64,000 bases of DNA from a bacterium (GTDB lineage: Bacteria; Zhuqueibacterota; QNDG01; DSAB01). The position numbers and the translations under genes were made by a program. The DNA is taken from positions 29-64,028 of the forward strand of contig DSAB01000070.1 of assembly GCA_011388275.1 (NCBI GenBank), read 5' to 3'. The notes under the pieces are model-generated. The model was given only the letters and a program-made list of their open reading frames with translations. It did not search any database and had not been told where the DNA came from. Positions 51,298 to 60,828 of this stretch are shown piece after piece; positions within the stretch are counted from its first letter, which is position 1; the number at the start of each line of letters is the position of its first letter.

Positions 51298-53301
51298 ATG
51301 GGTAAATTTCAAACACGGCATGGAATAATCGGCCTGTTCTTTGCCATACTCCTGAATATTCCGGTTTCGGCTGCCGGATCGGATCACTATGAACAGGGCA
51401 AAAAACTCATCAGGAATGGAGACTGGAAAGCCGGCCTTCAGACCTGGTGGTCGGCAAAAACGGATCCGTCGTATCAGAGTGAAAGGGATATCAGAGTAGC
51501 TATCGGGTTTATCGAGTATGTCACGGATAACGATCTTGAAATGTATTACGGAAATGCCAGTGATCTGTATCTCTGGGCTTTTTCGGATCGGACGGACAGC
51601 CGGTATCTGGATGATTTATGGATGGAGGCTTCTCGCGTGGCGCCTCTTCTTCCGATAGAAGAAGAAAAAGCATGGATCCGCCGAATCAAAAGACAGGACC
51701 CGACCCTTGCCTCGAATATTCACCGTTTCTGGCTGGAGAATGATCCACGGCCCACTACAACCGGAAATGAACGACTGATAGAACATTGGCGGCGGATCAG
51801 TTACGCCCGGAAAACGTTTCAAAAGAACCGAAATTCCGTGTATGATTGTGATGACCGGGGTTTGATCTATGTCAAATACGGAGAGCCGTTCCGAAGAAAG
51901 AGTGGTTTTTTCGGGTCATCCGCTGCTTCGCTGCTGGAACTGTCCAGATGGCTGGGTCCTTCCCGAAAGATGGATCAGGATATGGCTGAATTACGCGCAA
52001 AGGCCAATCTGATCAGAGGGGGGTTTCATTCCTCGGTTGTCAGTGCTCAGGAAGATATTACGATGATGAATATCAAACTGTGGGATCCAAAGCCGGAATA
52101 TGAGGTCTGGCTTTATACGGGGCTTCATGAGAGAAAGCCTGTTGTCTTTCTCTTTTCCAGAGAAAACGGCACCGGTCCCTTTGAGCTGGTAGATGGCGTT
52201 GAAGAGGCTCTGCCACGGATCATGGGAAGGAGCATGGGAAACTATGTGCCGAGGATGCGGCAGGGCATTTATCAGATCATGTATTATGCGGAACTGGCTA
52301 ATTTTGATGATTTCTTCTATCATCGGTACCGGGATCTGGAAATGATCTGGGAGCATGCCGCGAACAATGACCGTATGCCGAACCATCATGAAGTGAAACT
52401 TCTGAGCGCATTCAACAATCACAACCGGGGCGAAGACAAGTTCAACGCACCCTCCAGATATTCCATGCCGGTGAGATCCGACTTTGAATTTCTCACCGGA
52501 GGTATCGATGTAGGCACGCATTTTTATCGGTTTCTTGACGAACAGAATGAACCCGAACTGGTTATTTATGCATTGTCTTCTCCGCAGATTCAGATCGAAT
52601 ATCTGGTTGTCGATGAAAACGGCAGGCTGGGCCCGCCTCCTTACAGGCTGCTGCATACTCTGATTTTACGGGATGACGATCTGAGGGAGTTGTACCGGCT
52701 CAGTGATCAGCTGGTCGGATCCGAACAGAACATGTCGGTTTTCCGTCTTCCCCATATTCACCAGAGAGCGCATTTTACGGTATCGTCCGAAGCGATCTAT
52801 GAACCGGATACAACCGGCCGGCTGAATAATGATTTGTTCCCGCAGGTTCTGGCCCTGGGCAAAGAGTCCTGCCTGGTCGATGCGCCCCTGAACCGCAGCC
52901 AGCGCGATCTGGAATTGAGTGATCTTGTTTTCGGCATCGAAATGCCGGAGGATTTGCAAACTTCCGGTGTGCCCGTTCCGATCATTCCGCTCGATCGGTT
53001 TGCTGCCGATGATCCGGTAAAGATGTATCTGGAGATTTATCATCTGCTGGTCGATGAGAATGGGAAGGGTCATGGCACTATCGAGTATCTCATTACCCGA
53101 TACCGCAATGATGAGAAGAAACAGAAACCGCTGATCAGTTCAAGTTTCAATTATCAAACACAGGGACGGCGGGGCCGGGAACTCGTCAGTCTCGATATTT
53201 CACGGCTGAAATCCGGTGATTATGCGTTTCATGTGAAAGTAACGGACAATTTTTCGAACAGCCAAAAGACCCGATTGGCGCGTTTTTCAATTATCAAGTA
53301 G
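51298..53301 (+). CDS. Large secreted protein, possibly GWxTD-domain family.
   Basis: Signal peptide. A central block RFWLENDPRPTTTGNERLIEHWRRISYARKTF...YDCDDRGLIYVKYGEP resembles the GWxTD domain core. Low certainty. Confidence 0.45.
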   Translation: MGKFQTRHGIIGLFFAILLNIPVSAAGSDHYEQGKKLIRNGDWKAGLQTWWSAKTDPSYQSERDIRVAIGFIEYVTDNDLEMYYGNASDLYLWAFSDRTDSRYLDDLWMEASRVAPLLPIEEEKAWIRRIKRQDPTLASNIHRFWLENDPRPTTTGNERLIEHWRRISYARKTFQKNRNSVYDCDDRGLIYVKYGEPFRRKSGFFGSSAASLLELSRWLGPSRKMDQDMAELRAKANLIRGGFHSSVVSAQEDITMMNIKLWDPKPEYEVWLYTGLHERKPVVFLFSRENGTGPFELVDGVEEALPRIMGRSMGNYVPRMRQGIYQIMYYAELANFDDFFYHRYRDLEMIWEHAANNDRMPNHHEVKLLSAFNNHNRGEDKFNAPSRYSMPVRSDFEFLTGGIDVGTHFYRFLDEQNEPELVIYALSSPQIQIEYLVVDENGRLGPPPYRLLHTLILRDDDLRELYRLSDQLVGSEQNMSVFRLPHIHQRAHFTVSSEAIYEPDTTGRLNNDLFPQVLALGKESCLVDAPLNRSQRDLELSDLVFGIEMPEDLQTSGVPVPIIPLDRFAADDPVKMYLEIYHLLVDENGKGHGTIEYLITRYRNDEKKQKPLISSSFNYQTQGRRGRELVSLDISRLKSGDYAFHVKVTDNFSNSQKTRLARFSIIK

Positions 53302-53489
53302 GCATCGGTTGTGCTTTTTTAAAAGGGTGAAAGGCCCGGGAGAATGTTAATAAAAACAGGCATTTCCTATTTGAAGAAGAGTAATCATTCATGTTAAATC
53401 ATAAGCAGGGTATGCGAAGCCGGTTTCGGATCATTCGCCGTTCAAGCGATGCGATGCACTTCATCGAACGACGGTTTTACCGGGTCCGA

Positions 53490-54062
53490 ATGGAAAAGGC
53501 GCTGATTGCCGCCCTGGGCCTTTTTTCCCTTTTATTTCTTCTATTCCGTCACGCTCCCCGGAACAGACTGATCCCGAAACCGGTGAGTCTGAACATGGTC
53601 AGTTATGAAATGATACCGGCGACTCGCCAGGGCGGGCTTCCGCGTCCTCCGAATCTTCCCAGCGTTCCTATGCCCACGGAAGATGAATTTACCCTGGAAG
53701 ATGAGACGATTGATGAAACCGCTCTGGATCCGGACATGGACATTCCGTTGTTCGATTCCGATGGCCCATGGGGAAGAGGCACTGTGGGCGGTTTGACGCC
53801 GCGGCCTGTACGGGAGGTTATTCCCGAATATTCCGAAACGGAGCGGCGGAGGGGTATTCGCGGGGATGTTATTCTGGATATTCTGGTGAATGCAGAAGGA
53901 AAGGTCGACAGTGTTGTCATCGTTCAGAATTCCACACTCAGTCAGCATCTGGCTGCCGCGGCCAAAGCGGCGGCCTATCAGAGTCTGTATGTTCCCGCTC
54001 ACAGGGACGGGAAGCCGGTTTCGTTCTGGATCAGACGGCCCTTCCGGTTCGGTAAACAATGA
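53490..54062 (+). CDS. TonB-family C-terminal-domain protein (second TonB-like).
   Basis: TM ALIAALGLFSLLFLLF. Pro-rich segment. C-terminal RGDVILDILVNAEGKVDSVVIVQNS...PAHRDGKPV TonB-C fold. Confidence 0.6.
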   Translation: MEKALIAALGLFSLLFLLFRHAPRNRLIPKPVSLNMVSYEMIPATRQGGLPRPPNLPSVPMPTEDEFTLEDETIDETALDPDMDIPLFDSDGPWGRGTVGGLTPRPVREVIPEYSETERRRGIRGDVILDILVNAEGKVDSVVIVQNSTLSQHLAAAAKAAAYQSLYVPAHRDGKPVSFWIRRPFRFGKQ

Positions 54063-54068
54063 AATCGA

Positions 54069-54764
54069 TCATGATTTCCATTTGGCCCGCTCTTCTTTGT
54101 CCAGAGCGCTGAGGTTGATATAGGCCGATCGAATAACCGCGACAAGGAGAAAAAGGGAAGTGAAAACAGCGATGATATCCACCAGAGTACAATGGATCCC
54201 GAAGATTCGGATATCATTCACGAAGATAAGAACGGTGTTCAGGATGATCATGGCGACCCGGGCCTCTGTTGTGGAAATTCTCAGGTAGGATATCTTAAAA
54301 AGGCCGCGTGTGTTGGTGACCAGATATGTGTTGATATGCGCAATAAAAAACATCGTCAATACGGGCCAGACCAGATATTCCTTGACAAGATGCGAATAGG
54401 CCATCCCGTAGAGCATGAAGGCGATGCCGAAGGCATCGATCAGATGATCGAAATAATATCCGAAACGCGGCCTCTGCTGATTCCGTGCGCGGGCGAGACT
54501 GCCGTCAAGACTGTCTCCGGCCCAGTTCATGATATGCCCCAGACTTGCGGAAACAAGAAAGAGCCAGTGCATATGGGCCAGATAATAGGAAAGCCCGACC
54601 CAGACCATGCCGAACAGGCCGAAAAAGGTTAACATGTCGGGGCTTATCCATCGGGGAATACGTTGGGCGATCCATACCAGGGCTTTTCTTTCCGGATTGG
54701 CCAGGAAACTGGTTTGCACCCGGTGTTCGCTGAAAGCTTTTTCATCGACGATGCTGCTGCTCAT
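54069..54764 (-). CDS. CDP-alcohol phosphatidyltransferase family protein.
   Basis: GDSLDGSLAR...YFDHLIDAFG (DG..AR..G...D...D motif). Multi-TM. Confidence 0.75.
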   Translation of the reverse strand: MSSSIVDEKAFSEHRVQTSFLANPERKALVWIAQRIPRWISPDMLTFFGLFGMVWVGLSYYLAHMHWLFLVSASLGHIMNWAGDSLDGSLARARNQQRPRFGYYFDHLIDAFGIAFMLYGMAYSHLVKEYLVWPVLTMFFIAHINTYLVTNTRGLFKISYLRISTTEARVAMIILNTVLIFVNDIRIFGIHCTLVDIIAVFTSLFLLVAVIRSAYINLSALDKEERAKWKS

Positions 54765-54853
54765 AAAAGCCCCTCCATGATTGACTGCATTTCAAATATT
54801 CGGCTTCCCGAAGATAGAACGCTTCCCTGAAAAGGCGATATTCAAAATGATTT

Positions 54854-55462
54854 TCAGATCCTGGACTTTTTTTCCGCCCATACACCGATTTTACTGATTC
54901 CGACCATCACGAAAACCAGAATAATGAGCAGATAAGCAGGTATCTGATAAATAAACCCGATCTGTGCGATCAGATAGTAACGCGGAAATCTCCCTGCAAA
55001 TACTGCCAGCAGGTACAGCACGAGCGAATAGCGGCTGACAATCGCGGCCAGACGAAACGGTTCAAATGGGATCGGAGTGAATCCGGTAATAACCAGGCAG
55101 ATAAAGGCCGCCCTGTTGAAGAAATGTCTAAGACGGCGAAAAATTCGGTTTTTTTCGATCCTGGCCTGAATTTCCCCTTTTGAAAAAAGCCATGTTAGAA
55201 AGAAATATTCTCCAAAGGCCGCGATGCAATTGCCTGTCGCCCCCAAAAGCGCTACCCATGTCGGATGAAATGTTTTCCCCATGGCCACAACGTACGGAGG
55301 AGTGGGCAAGGGGATTATTGTGCACGCGAAACTCATATAAATAAAAAAACCGGCCAGCTGTGCACCTCGGCTGCCTACAAGAAAAAGCACTCCGACACCC
55401 AGAACCAAAACAAGCCCCAGGATACGCGCAGGCATGGCGAATTGTTCGAAACGATTGTTCAT
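54854..55462 (-). CDS. DedA/VTT (TVP38/TMEM64) family membrane protein.
   Basis: IIPLPTPPYVVAMG and GNCIAAFGEYFF motifs in a multi-TM protein. Confidence 0.6.
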   Translation of the reverse strand: MNNRFEQFAMPARILGLVLVLGVGVLFLVGSRGAQLAGFFIYMSFACTIIPLPTPPYVVAMGKTFHPTWVALLGATGNCIAAFGEYFFLTWLFSKGEIQARIEKNRIFRRLRHFFNRAAFICLVITGFTPIPFEPFRLAAIVSRYSLVLYLLAVFAGRFPRYYLIAQIGFIYQIPAYLLIILVFVMVGISKIGVWAEKKSRI

Positions 55463-55562
55463 TCCCAGGCGTCAATCTCCTCTTCAGCCCGGCGTTATCC
55501 AGGGTGATCAGGGCTTCACAAAGTACGATATTTATACGGTAAAGTCAAGGTAAACTTGAGAG

Positions 55563-56324
55563 TTATCGGTTCTTTTCAATGTCCAGCCATGCCATGGGCC
55601 ATCGCCATGCTTTCCCGTCGCGTGTCTGTATCACCATTCGCCGGGAACCGGCTCTGACGGGTTTTAAAACGCTGGCTTGCTGTCCGTTGTAACGGTTGCG
55701 TGGATCTTGCATAATGCGCACGTTTTCGCCTGATTTCAGGATGCGGAACCTGGAATAGGGATCTACGATTCGATGCTTTTTTCGAAGCGGTTTCCGGATT
55801 AATGATGCGGCATTCCGCCGGCCTTCCGGCCTGAATCCCAGTTCACAAACGTGTTTCAATGCCCATCGATTGGCGGAGTGTTCGCCTTCCCGTTCATGCA
55901 GACCCGAATGGTACCGGCGATAATGGTGCAGTTCATGAGCGAATAGAAGCGCCAGATGATCCGCCGCTTCTGGATATTGAAAAGTCCAGCCGTATATATC
56001 CGTCTCTGTCCGCGGATACAGAGAAGGACTGGTATCGATTCGCAGGCGGATCAGCTTGAAACGCGCCGGCAGATCCTTCGGAACCGGCCAGGCCTGATTA
56101 AACTTCCACCGTCCGCGCACCGCGTGATAGTCGGAAGGGAACAGCCATTTTTGCACATAGGCGGTTCCCCGGTTCAATCGGGTTTCAGGCAGCAGATAGA
56201 GGCCGACCACCAGGTCATGAGTATCGGTTCCGGCTGCGACTGTTTCGAGAATCTGTTCGATGTGCGCGTTGTCCGCTTTTAATTCATTTTCAAGATGAGG
56301 ATGCCGGTAAATATCAATTCGCAT
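55563..56324 (-). CDS. Hypothetical protein with an HEXXH motif (SprT/WLM-like?).
   Basis: LLFAHELHHYRRYHSG. Basic C-terminal tail. No confident family. Confidence 0.35.
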   Translation of the reverse strand: MRIDIYRHPHLENELKADNAHIEQILETVAAGTDTHDLVVGLYLLPETRLNRGTAYVQKWLFPSDYHAVRGRWKFNQAWPVPKDLPARFKLIRLRIDTSPSLYPRTETDIYGWTFQYPEAADHLALLFAHELHHYRRYHSGLHEREGEHSANRWALKHVCELGFRPEGRRNAASLIRKPLRKKHRIVDPYSRFRILKSGENVRIMQDPRNRYNGQQASVLKPVRAGSRRMVIQTRDGKAWRWPMAWLDIEKNR

Positions 56325-56472
56325 GGACTGTCACTCTTCGAATGCAGATCGGCGTTTTTAAAATATACGACAAATTATTCAGGATCGCAATGAGATTTCA
56401 CGGTGCCGGCCTCCTTTAAACGTCTGCGGAATGAATGCGGTGATGGCAGTTGATTTTACGTCCAATGTCATT

Positions 56473-56501
56473 ATGGCATTTTATTCTGTTTAAAATGCCA
56501 T
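56473..56501. promoter_or_regulatory. Palindromic upstream-activating-sequence candidate (enhancer-binding-protein site) upstream of the sigma-54 promoter.
   Basis: ATGGCATTTTA-N7-TAAAATGCCAT, an 11-bp perfect inverted repeat, embedded in the direct repeat CATTATGGCA x2. Lies about 100-130 nt upstream of the -24 element. Confidence 0.4.
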
Positions 56502-56600
56502 TATGGCACTTGCTATGTCTGAATGACAGGATAGGATTCAATTTAAGCAAAACAGCATAAGCATATAAAATACAATACTATATGATTCTTCTGCCTGTAT

Positions 56601-56616
56601 TGGCATGCCGATTGCA
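56601..56616 (+). promoter_or_regulatory. Sigma-54 (-24/-12) promoter driving the Hsp20 gene.
   Basis: TGGCAT-gccga-TTGCA. The GG-to-GC spacing equals the consensus (TGGCAC-N5-TTGCW). It sits 46 nt upstream of the hsp20 ATG (RBS AAAGGAGG). Confidence 0.6.
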
Positions 56617-56661
56617 TTGGGTCAGGACGAAGATATAAAAGACATGAAAGGAGGCAGAAAA

Positions 56662-57090
56662 ATGTCACTGGTAAGATGGAATCCGCGCCAAAGCCTGATG
56701 TCTCTTCCCTCGGCTTTGGATGATTTTTTCAGAGGGTTTGGGTTGAATTTCGAGGAACAGGACCGTATCTGGATGCCGATTGTTGATGTGGCCGAGACCG
56801 AAGATGCCTATGAGATCAAGGCTGAGATTCCGGGTCTCAAGAAAGAGGATATCAAAATATCTCTTGAAGAAGGCATGTTGACGCTTCAGGGTGAGAAGAA
56901 AGAAGAGAAGGAAAAAGAGAAGAGAAACTATCATCGTATTGAAAGAGTGTATGGTGCTTTTCACCGGTCTTTCAGATTGCCCCGGGAGGTTGAGGCCGAC
57001 AAAATAAAGGCACGTTATGAAGACGGCATTCTGTCCGTTGTGATTCCCAAATCAGAGAAACTCAAACCCAAACAAATCGCGGTTTCGTAA
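56662..57090 (+). CDS. Hsp20/alpha-crystallin small heat-shock protein.
   Basis: MSLVRWNPRQSLMSL...PIVDVAETEDAYEIKAEIPGLKKEDIKISLEEGMLTLQGEK...GILSVVIPK. Confidence 0.85.
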   Translation: MSLVRWNPRQSLMSLPSALDDFFRGFGLNFEEQDRIWMPIVDVAETEDAYEIKAEIPGLKKEDIKISLEEGMLTLQGEKKEEKEKEKRNYHRIERVYGAFHRSFRLPREVEADKIKARYEDGILSVVIPKSEKLKPKQIAVS

Positions 57091-57106
57091 ACCCGCAAAT
57101 AAAAAA

Positions 57107-57139
57107 GACCGGGAGATCGTCAACTTCCCGGTCTTTTTT
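57107..57139. terminator. Bidirectional hairpin terminator between hsp20 (+) and yggS (-).
   Basis: aaaaaa-GACCGGGA-gatcgtcaact-TCCCGGTC followed by TTTTTT. Confidence 0.65.
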
Positions 57140-57155
57140 ATTATCATTTCCGGGT

Positions 57156-57812
57156 TTAACGCGGGCCGAAAATCAGCGTTCCGATCCGGACGATGTTGGC
57201 ACCTTCCTGAACGGCTATCCGGTATGAATTGGTCATGCCCATGGAGAGTAAATCCATGTTCACGTCCTTTATTCCGGCCTGTGCAATCCTGTTGAACAGC
57301 CTGGCCGTCTCTTTGAAAAAGGGGCGCGCCAGTTCCGGATCTCCTGTAAAAGGACCCATGGTCATCAATCCCCGAATCCTGATATGTTTCAGCCGGGCTG
57401 CTTCGTGAATCAGATTCTCGGCCGCTTCGGGAAGCACTCCGTTTTTCTGGGGTTCCCGGCCGCTGTTGATCTCAATGAGTATTTCCATAACTTTTTGCAG
57501 GGCGGCACAGCGTTTGTCGATTTCACGGGCCAGTTTGAGCGAATCTACGGTTTCGATCATATCGAAGAGCCTGACCGCTTTTTTGACTTTATTGGTCTGC
57601 AGATGGCCGATAAAGTGAAAACGGGCGCGTCCAAGCACCCGATGCGCCACTGCTTCCGCTTCCTGGATATAGTTTTCACCGATGATGTGGACGCCCGCCT
57701 CGATGGCCTCATTCACTTCTTCGGGAGTGCGGTTCTTTGCGGCTGCCTCGAGAAGTATCGAGTGGGGCAGTTCCTTTAGCAATGCTCGAATGTTTTCGGC
57801 GATGGATGTCAT
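57156..57812 (-). CDS. yggS: YggS-family PLP homeostasis protein.
   Basis: EAAAKNRTPEEV...IGHLQTNKVK...IGTLIFG. The ATGA start is coupled to the upstream dipeptidase stop. The ORF is open to 57875. Confidence 0.8.
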   Translation of the reverse strand: MTSIAENIRALLKELPHSILLEAAAKNRTPEEVNEAIEAGVHIIGENYIQEAEAVAHRVLGRARFHFIGHLQTNKVKKAVRLFDMIETVDSLKLAREIDKRCAALQKVMEILIEINSGREPQKNGVLPEAAENLIHEAARLKHIRIRGLMTMGPFTGDPELARPFFKETARLFNRIAQAGIKDVNMDLLSMGMTNSYRIAVQEGANIVRIGTLIFGPR

Positions 57813-59041
57813 GATTTCCGATTTTCCGATTTGTCGATCACCTGTCGGAACACACGCATGAAATTTCCGCCCCATATTTTTTCAATGGCTTCTTCCGAGT
57901 AACCCCGTTTGACCAATTCCAGGGTGATATTGGGCAATTCAGACACATCGTCACATCCTTCCACGCCGCCGCCGCCGTCGAAGTCCGTGCCGATTCCAAC
58001 ATGGTCGATGCCGATCAGATCGACAACATGGTCGATATGATCCACCAGATCCTCGACCGAGGCCCTTTGAACCGGGTATTTCCGGCGGGCTGCGTAGTAT
58101 TCATTCCTGTAGTTCTCTTTCAGTTCCGGGTCGTCGATTTCGTAATAGTTGCCATATTTTTCTTCAAGCTTTTTCAACGCGTTTTCCAGGCGCGGATTCG
58201 GCGGCGGCGTCTTGATAAAAGAACTGACAAAACAGATTTGGATAACCCCGCCGTTTTCTTTCAGCGCGATCAGCATTTCGTCCGACAGATTCCGCGGATG
58301 GTCACAAAAGGCTCTGCAGCACGAATGAGAAGCCATCACAGGGGCCTGGCTGTGCTTCAGCACATCATAGAAAGCCTGATCAGAGATATGGGATACATCG
58401 ATGATCATGCCCAGCTCATTCATGCGGCGGACCACCTTTACTCCGAACGGGCTCAGACCGTTCCATTCGGGACCGGCGTTATCCGTGGAAGAGTCGCATA
58501 TTTCGTTGTTTCCATTGTGGCTGAGCGTGATATAGCGGATGCCCCGTTTGTAAAAATAATCCACAAGGTTCAGATCCTTGCCCAGAGGATAGCCGTTCTC
58601 CATTCCCAGGAAGATGGCCCTTTTCCCCGCTTCATGCAGACGCAAGGCGTCTTCAGGAGAGCTTGCCAGTTCGGCCAGTTCAGGATATCTCATGCAGGCC
58701 GCCTTGACCTGATTGATCAGGGTATCGGCATAGGATTTGGCTCTGGAATGACCTTCCGGTGTGCGTTTCCCCTGACCGACGAAAACTGCGAAGAACTGGG
58801 CATCCAGACCGCCATCGGCCATACGGGGAAAATCCACCTTCCCGCTGCCGCGTTCACCGGATGGATGGCGCCGTCCCACATCGAAAGATCCCCTTTCCAT
58901 CAGCATGGGTGTGTCGCAATGGGTGTCAACCGTCCATATCCTTTCATGGATCATCATGGCCTGATTCCGTAATTTGTTTTCACCGCATTGAAAGACCGGC
59001 AAAGCCGTCAGAAGGAGGAAAAAGAGGAAATATCGTTTCAT
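57809..59041 (-). CDS. Membrane dipeptidase (peptidase family M19).
   Basis: Signal peptide. WTVDTHCDTP...LSHNGNNEICDSS...GIGTDFDGGGG motifs. Confidence 0.8.
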   Translation of the reverse strand: MKRYFLFFLLLTALPVFQCGENKLRNQAMMIHERIWTVDTHCDTPMLMERGSFDVGRRHPSGERGSGKVDFPRMADGGLDAQFFAVFVGQGKRTPEGHSRAKSYADTLINQVKAACMRYPELAELASSPEDALRLHEAGKRAIFLGMENGYPLGKDLNLVDYFYKRGIRYITLSHNGNNEICDSSTDNAGPEWNGLSPFGVKVVRRMNELGMIIDVSHISDQAFYDVLKHSQAPVMASHSCCRAFCDHPRNLSDEMLIALKENGGVIQICFVSSFIKTPPPNPRLENALKKLEEKYGNYYEIDDPELKENYRNEYYAARRKYPVQRASVEDLVDHIDHVVDLIGIDHVGIGTDFDGGGGVEGCDDVSELPNITLELVKRGYSEEAIEKIWGGNFMRVFRQVIDKSENRKS

Positions 59042-59270
59042 AGCGGACTCCTGTATTCAATATTTGTCGGTCTGTTTGTTAACTGTCCAAAATAAGACCC
59101 ATGAATACCATTATCAAGTCTTTTTTTCATCGTGGGTCGGTGTTTTTGCTTTAGAAAACCCCAAATGACTAACCGGGGGCTTGCTTCTTTATTTGAAAAA
59201 TCCTATATTGATATGCCGTTCAAAGATTCTCCAATCCATTCAGTGATATATCGCTTTGGAGCAAGAGAAT

Positions 59271-60413
59271 ATGGAATTTATTATACAGGGTCAGCGCACG
59301 TACGGGGTGCATTCCATCGAACGGATTCCGACTCCCGGGCTTCTGGTATTTGAGGACCGGGTCAGAGAGAATTTCCAGCGCATGCGTGAATTTCTCGAAT
59401 CCGTGAGTCCGGGTTCGGGTTTTCATCATCTCTGTGCGCATGTGAAAACCCATAAATCCATTCATATCATGAATCAGATGCGTATGGTCGGTATTCATAG
59501 CCTGAAAACCACGCTCAATGAGCTGCCCTGGGTATTGAGAAGTGGCTGCAGGGACGTTTTCCTGGCCTATCCTCTGCTTGAGAAGGATGCTCGTTGGGTT
59601 GCCGACGCATGCCGTCAGTATCCGGAATCGCGGGTCAGCGTGCATGCCGGCTCCCGGGTGCACATGGAAATACTTCGGCGTGTCGCACAAGAGAGAAATA
59701 TTCGATGGCGAGTATTTCTCGATCTGGATGTGGGCATGCACCGTACCGGCGCTTCACCGGAAACCGCTTCGAGTCTGATTCGGGAACTGGAACAAGGATC
59801 CATGTTTGATTTTATGGGCCTGCATGGATATGACGGTCATAATCACGGACCCACGGAATCTGCGAGAACCAGGCAGTCCCGAAGATCCATGAAAGTCCTG
59901 ATTCAGGTTTTTCATGAATGTGCCGCAGCCGGCATTCCTGTTCGGCGCGTGATTGCGGCAGGGTCTCCTTCGTTCCTGACGGACTTGAGACTGCTCAAGC
60001 GGGACTTGCCTTCCGAAGTCCATGTTCAGGTCTCTCCGGGAACCTGGGTATACTGGGATTCCGGATATGACACACTTTGGCCGGGCGCCTTTTGCCTGGC
60101 GGCCCTGATCCTGGCCAGGGTGATAGACAAGGGGCCCGGTTCCCGTGTCACGCTGAACCTCGGGCATAAGCGCTGGGGAGCGGATCAGGGCCCTCTGGAG
60201 CGATTCAGCCATCCCGGAATGCGGGTAGTATCTTTCAATGAAGAGCACATGGTTACGGTTCTTGAGAAGGGACCCGGTCTTCAGGTGGGGGATTATGTCT
60301 GTGCCGTACCCCGTCATATTTGTCCTACGGTGAATCTTTATGAAAGGGCCTGGCTGATCGATGAGCAAGGCCGTATCGGCCGTGTCATGCCCGTTGATGC
60401 CCGAAACCGATAA
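59271..60413 (+). CDS. Alanine-racemase-N-domain (DSD1 / D-threonine-aldolase-like) PLP enzyme.
   Basis: HLCAHVKTHKSIHIMNQM (PLP Lys region). C-terminal D-TA-like domain. Confidence 0.65.
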   Translation: MEFIIQGQRTYGVHSIERIPTPGLLVFEDRVRENFQRMREFLESVSPGSGFHHLCAHVKTHKSIHIMNQMRMVGIHSLKTTLNELPWVLRSGCRDVFLAYPLLEKDARWVADACRQYPESRVSVHAGSRVHMEILRRVAQERNIRWRVFLDLDVGMHRTGASPETASSLIRELEQGSMFDFMGLHGYDGHNHGPTESARTRQSRRSMKVLIQVFHECAAAGIPVRRVIAAGSPSFLTDLRLLKRDLPSEVHVQVSPGTWVYWDSGYDTLWPGAFCLAALILARVIDKGPGSRVTLNLGHKRWGADQGPLERFSHPGMRVVSFNEEHMVTVLEKGPGLQVGDYVCAVPRHICPTVNLYERAWLIDEQGRIGRVMPVDARNR

Positions 60414-60465
60414 ATGTTTTCTTGTCTGTTCGTTGATCAACAATGAATTGAAAGGAATGCGACAA

Positions 60466-60828
60466 ATGGATGACAGAGTGAAAGAGTTTATTGAATACAG
60501 GGAGCGCATGAACGAGCGTATTCTGAAATCGGACAATCTGGATATCAAACGTTTCTTTAATCTGGATCATGCGGTTTATCGTCCGGGCGCTCTGGACGCG
60601 GGTGCCAAGGAATTAATGGGTCTGGTGGCTTCCATGGTACTGAGATGCAATGATTGTATTTTATATCATTTGACACGATGTCATGAAGAAGGGGTAAAAG
60701 ATGAAGTCCTTCAGGAAGCTCTGTCCATTGCTCTGGTTGTAGGCGGCTCAATCGTTATTCCTCATATGCGGTTCGCCTTTGAGATGTGGGATTCATTGAA
60801 GCGCAAAACACACACTGATGGGAATTAA
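60466..60828 (+). CDS. Carboxymuconolactone decarboxylase (AhpD-like) family protein.
   Basis: ELMGLVASMVLRCNDCILYHLTRCHEEG (CxxC...H). RBS AAAGGA 9 nt upstream of the ATG at 60466. Confidence 0.7.
   Translation: MDDRVKEFIEYRERMNERILKSDNLDIKRFFNLDHAVYRPGALDAGAKELMGLVASMVLRCNDCILYHLTRCHEEGVKDEVLQEALSIALVVGGSIVIPHMRFAFEMWDSLKRKTHTDGN

Noticed and set aside
56498-56516. Second sigma-54-like element, TGGCAC immediately followed by TTGCT.
   Set aside because: The GG-to-GC spacing is far too short (0 instead of 5 intervening nt). It is more likely part of the upstream repeat/UAS than a promoter.
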